The notes under the pieces are model-generated. The model searched no databases, was not told the origin of the DNA, and saw only the letters and a program-made list of their open reading frames with translations. From positions 64,001 to 128,000 of the forward strand of contig CAVSHO010000008.1 in the NCBI GenBank assembly GCA_963727825.1: a DNA stretch of 64,000 bases, read 5' to 3'. This stretch comes from Ignavibacteriota bacterium (GTDB taxonomy: Bacteria > Bacteroidota > Ignavibacteria > UBA10030). This document shows positions 62,318 to 64,000 of this stretch, piece after piece; within the stretch, counting starts at the first letter, position 1, and every line of letters begins with the position of its first letter. The position numbers and the translations under genes are program-made.

Positions 62318-63946
62318 ATGAAGAAATTCAAAGCAACGAAGAAAATTGGAAAGAAAACTGTTCCCAGGCGTAAACCTATCTCCAAAGTTAACCGAACAGT
62401 TCAGAAAAACATTCTTCCAAAAATGTTGCAATTCAAAGAAAGTATGTTGACTCTCATTAGTGAGACCTCGACAAATTTACCACCAGATATTAGGCGTGCG
62501 TTAAAATGGGCGATTGAACGCGAAACACCGGGAAGTCAGGCGATGCTGGCATTGCAGGCAATGGCTATCAATACCGATATGGCGTGTGATAACGAAGCAC
62601 CCATCTGTCAAGACACTGGAATGCCAACCTTTGAAATAAAAACACCGGCTGGTACTAACCAGATTCTAATGCAGAAAGAAATTAAGGAGGCGATCGTTAA
62701 GGCGACTAAAATTGGTAAACTCCGTCCCAACGCTGTTGATTCTCTCACAGGCAAAAACAGCGGTAGCAATCTTGGAGATGGTTTTCCGGTGATGCATTTT
62801 GAACAGTGGGAGGAAAAAGAAATTGAAGTGCGATTGATTCTAAAAGGCGGCGGATGCGAGAATAAAAACATTCAATACTCTGTGCCATGCGAGTTGCCCA
62901 ACCTCGGCAGGGCAGATCGCACGATGGATGGCATCCGCAAGTGTTTGCTTCATGCTGTCTGGCAGGCGCAGGGGCAAGGATGCAGCGTTGGTGCAATCGG
63001 TGTTGCTATCGGTGGAGACCGAGCATCTGGTTATCAATACGCTAAGCAGCAACTCTTCCGCGTGCTCGACGACATCAATCCCAATCCGGAACTCGCAAGA
63101 CTTGAGGACTACGTTTTACAAAACGCCAATAAACTTGGAATCGGCACCATGGGATTTGGAGGATTGTCAACGCTCATCGGCTGCAAAATAGGTTCTTACC
63201 ATCGCTTACCTGCAAGTTTTTTTGTAACGGTGGCTTACAATTGTTGGGCGTATCGACGGCTCGGTGTGATTTTGGATGCGAAGACCGGAGCGATTAAGCG
63301 TTGGCTTTACAAGGAAGATACGCCGGTAATGCGAATGGCAAAAGAAGAAAGTCTGCCGCTGACGGGGCGTGAGATTCCGCTTACGATGCCTTTGTCCGAG
63401 GATCAAGTGCGCGCGTTAAAAGTTGGCGACGTTCTATTGTTGAGCGGTGCGATGCACATGGGACGCGATGTTCTTCATCATCATTTAATGACAAACGACT
63501 CGCCAGTGAATCTCGATGGCGGCGCGATTTATCATTGCGGTCCAGTCGCACTTAAAAAAGGTGACAAATGGTTTATGAATGCAGCCGGTCCGACAACAAG
63601 TATTCGTGAAGAGCCATATCAAGGTGAAATCATTCGCAAATTCAAAGTGCGAGCAGTTATCGGTAAAGGTGGAATGGGCGCAAAAACACTCGCTGCTTTA
63701 AAAGAAGTTGGTGCAGTATATTTAAGCGCAATCGGCGGTGCGGCGCAATATTATTCTAAGTGCATTGAAGAAGTAGAAGGTGTCGATTTTCTGGAATTTG
63801 GCGTGCCTGAAGCGATGTGGCATGTGCGTGTTAAAGACTTTCCCGTAATTGTCACGATGGATGCCCACGGCAACAGTCTCCATGCGGATGTGGAGAAAGC
63901 TTCGGCAGAAGAACTTGCGAAATTTTCAGAACCAGTGGCTATATAG
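62318..63946 (+). CDS. Class I Fe-S fumarate hydratase (fused alpha/beta)
   Basis: PICQDTG, KGGGCEN, GQGC, AGPTTS.REEPY, IGKGG; ATG 62318 after GGAGGA. Confidence 0.9.
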   Translation: MKKFKATKKIGKKTVPRRKPISKVNRTVQKNILPKMLQFKESMLTLISETSTNLPPDIRRALKWAIERETPGSQAMLALQAMAINTDMACDNEAPICQDTGMPTFEIKTPAGTNQILMQKEIKEAIVKATKIGKLRPNAVDSLTGKNSGSNLGDGFPVMHFEQWEEKEIEVRLILKGGGCENKNIQYSVPCELPNLGRADRTMDGIRKCLLHAVWQAQGQGCSVGAIGVAIGGDRASGYQYAKQQLFRVLDDINPNPELARLEDYVLQNANKLGIGTMGFGGLSTLIGCKIGSYHRLPASFFVTVAYNCWAYRRLGVILDAKTGAIKRWLYKEDTPVMRMAKEESLPLTGREIPLTMPLSEDQVRALKVGDVLLLSGAMHMGRDVLHHHLMTNDSPVNLDGGAIYHCGPVALKKGDKWFMNAAGPTTSIREEPYQGEIIRKFKVRAVIGKGGMGAKTLAALKEVGAVYLSAIGGAAQYYSKCIEEVEGVDFLEFGVPEAMWHVRVKDFPVIVTMDAHGNSLHADVEKASAEELAKFSEPVAI

Positions 63947-64000
63947 TCAATAAACATAGATTAAAGGGCTATTCTCAATGACAGAAGAAGAATACAGGAG

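Noticed and set aside
63978-64000. Possible start of the next CDS (ATG ACA GAA GAA GAA TAC AGG)
   Set aside because: Only 7 codons are visible before the window ends; it cannot be assigned.

Overview
Core chromosomal region of an FCB-group bacterium, most likely Ignavibacteria or a close relative. This is inferred from Chlorobi/Ignavibacteria-like protein sequences, a T9SS cargo and PorV homolog, and canonical TTGACA/TATATT promoters with AGGAG Shine-Dalgarno sites, unlike Bacteroidia. Positions ~4.5-37.3 kb hold a near-complete translation/transcription supercluster: 5 tRNAs, rpmG-secE-nusG-rplKAJL-rpoBC, the str, S10, spc and alpha operons, and engB. secE and tuf each carry a single-base frameshift and tRNA-Gly has an extra C, most simply explained as homopolymer sequencing errors. 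The left flank has a split PaaH-like 3-hydroxyacyl-CoA dehydrogenase pair and a DUF2723/TMEM260-like glycosyltransferase. The right flank has a TonB-dependent receptor + T9SS cargo + PorV-family cassette, a catalytically degenerate PIG-L/LmbE protein, GWxTD and NHL proteins, ssb, ggt, a cobalamin riboswitch with btuB and a DUF6580 transporter, gdhA, a 994-aa receiver/dikinase-like protein, an S9 peptidase and a class I fumarase. Best candidates for undescribed biology: (1) the gdhA-linked REC-REC-ATP-grasp-phosphoHis protein, a possible dikinase-based His-Asp relay; (2) the TBDR/T9SS-cargo/PorV three-gene cassette; (3) short hairpins, mostly TCCCG...CGGGA, that sit in the T-arms of duplicated tRNA 3' halves and in the T-loop of the B12 riboswitch. 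All family assignments come from motif recognition by eye, not database searches.
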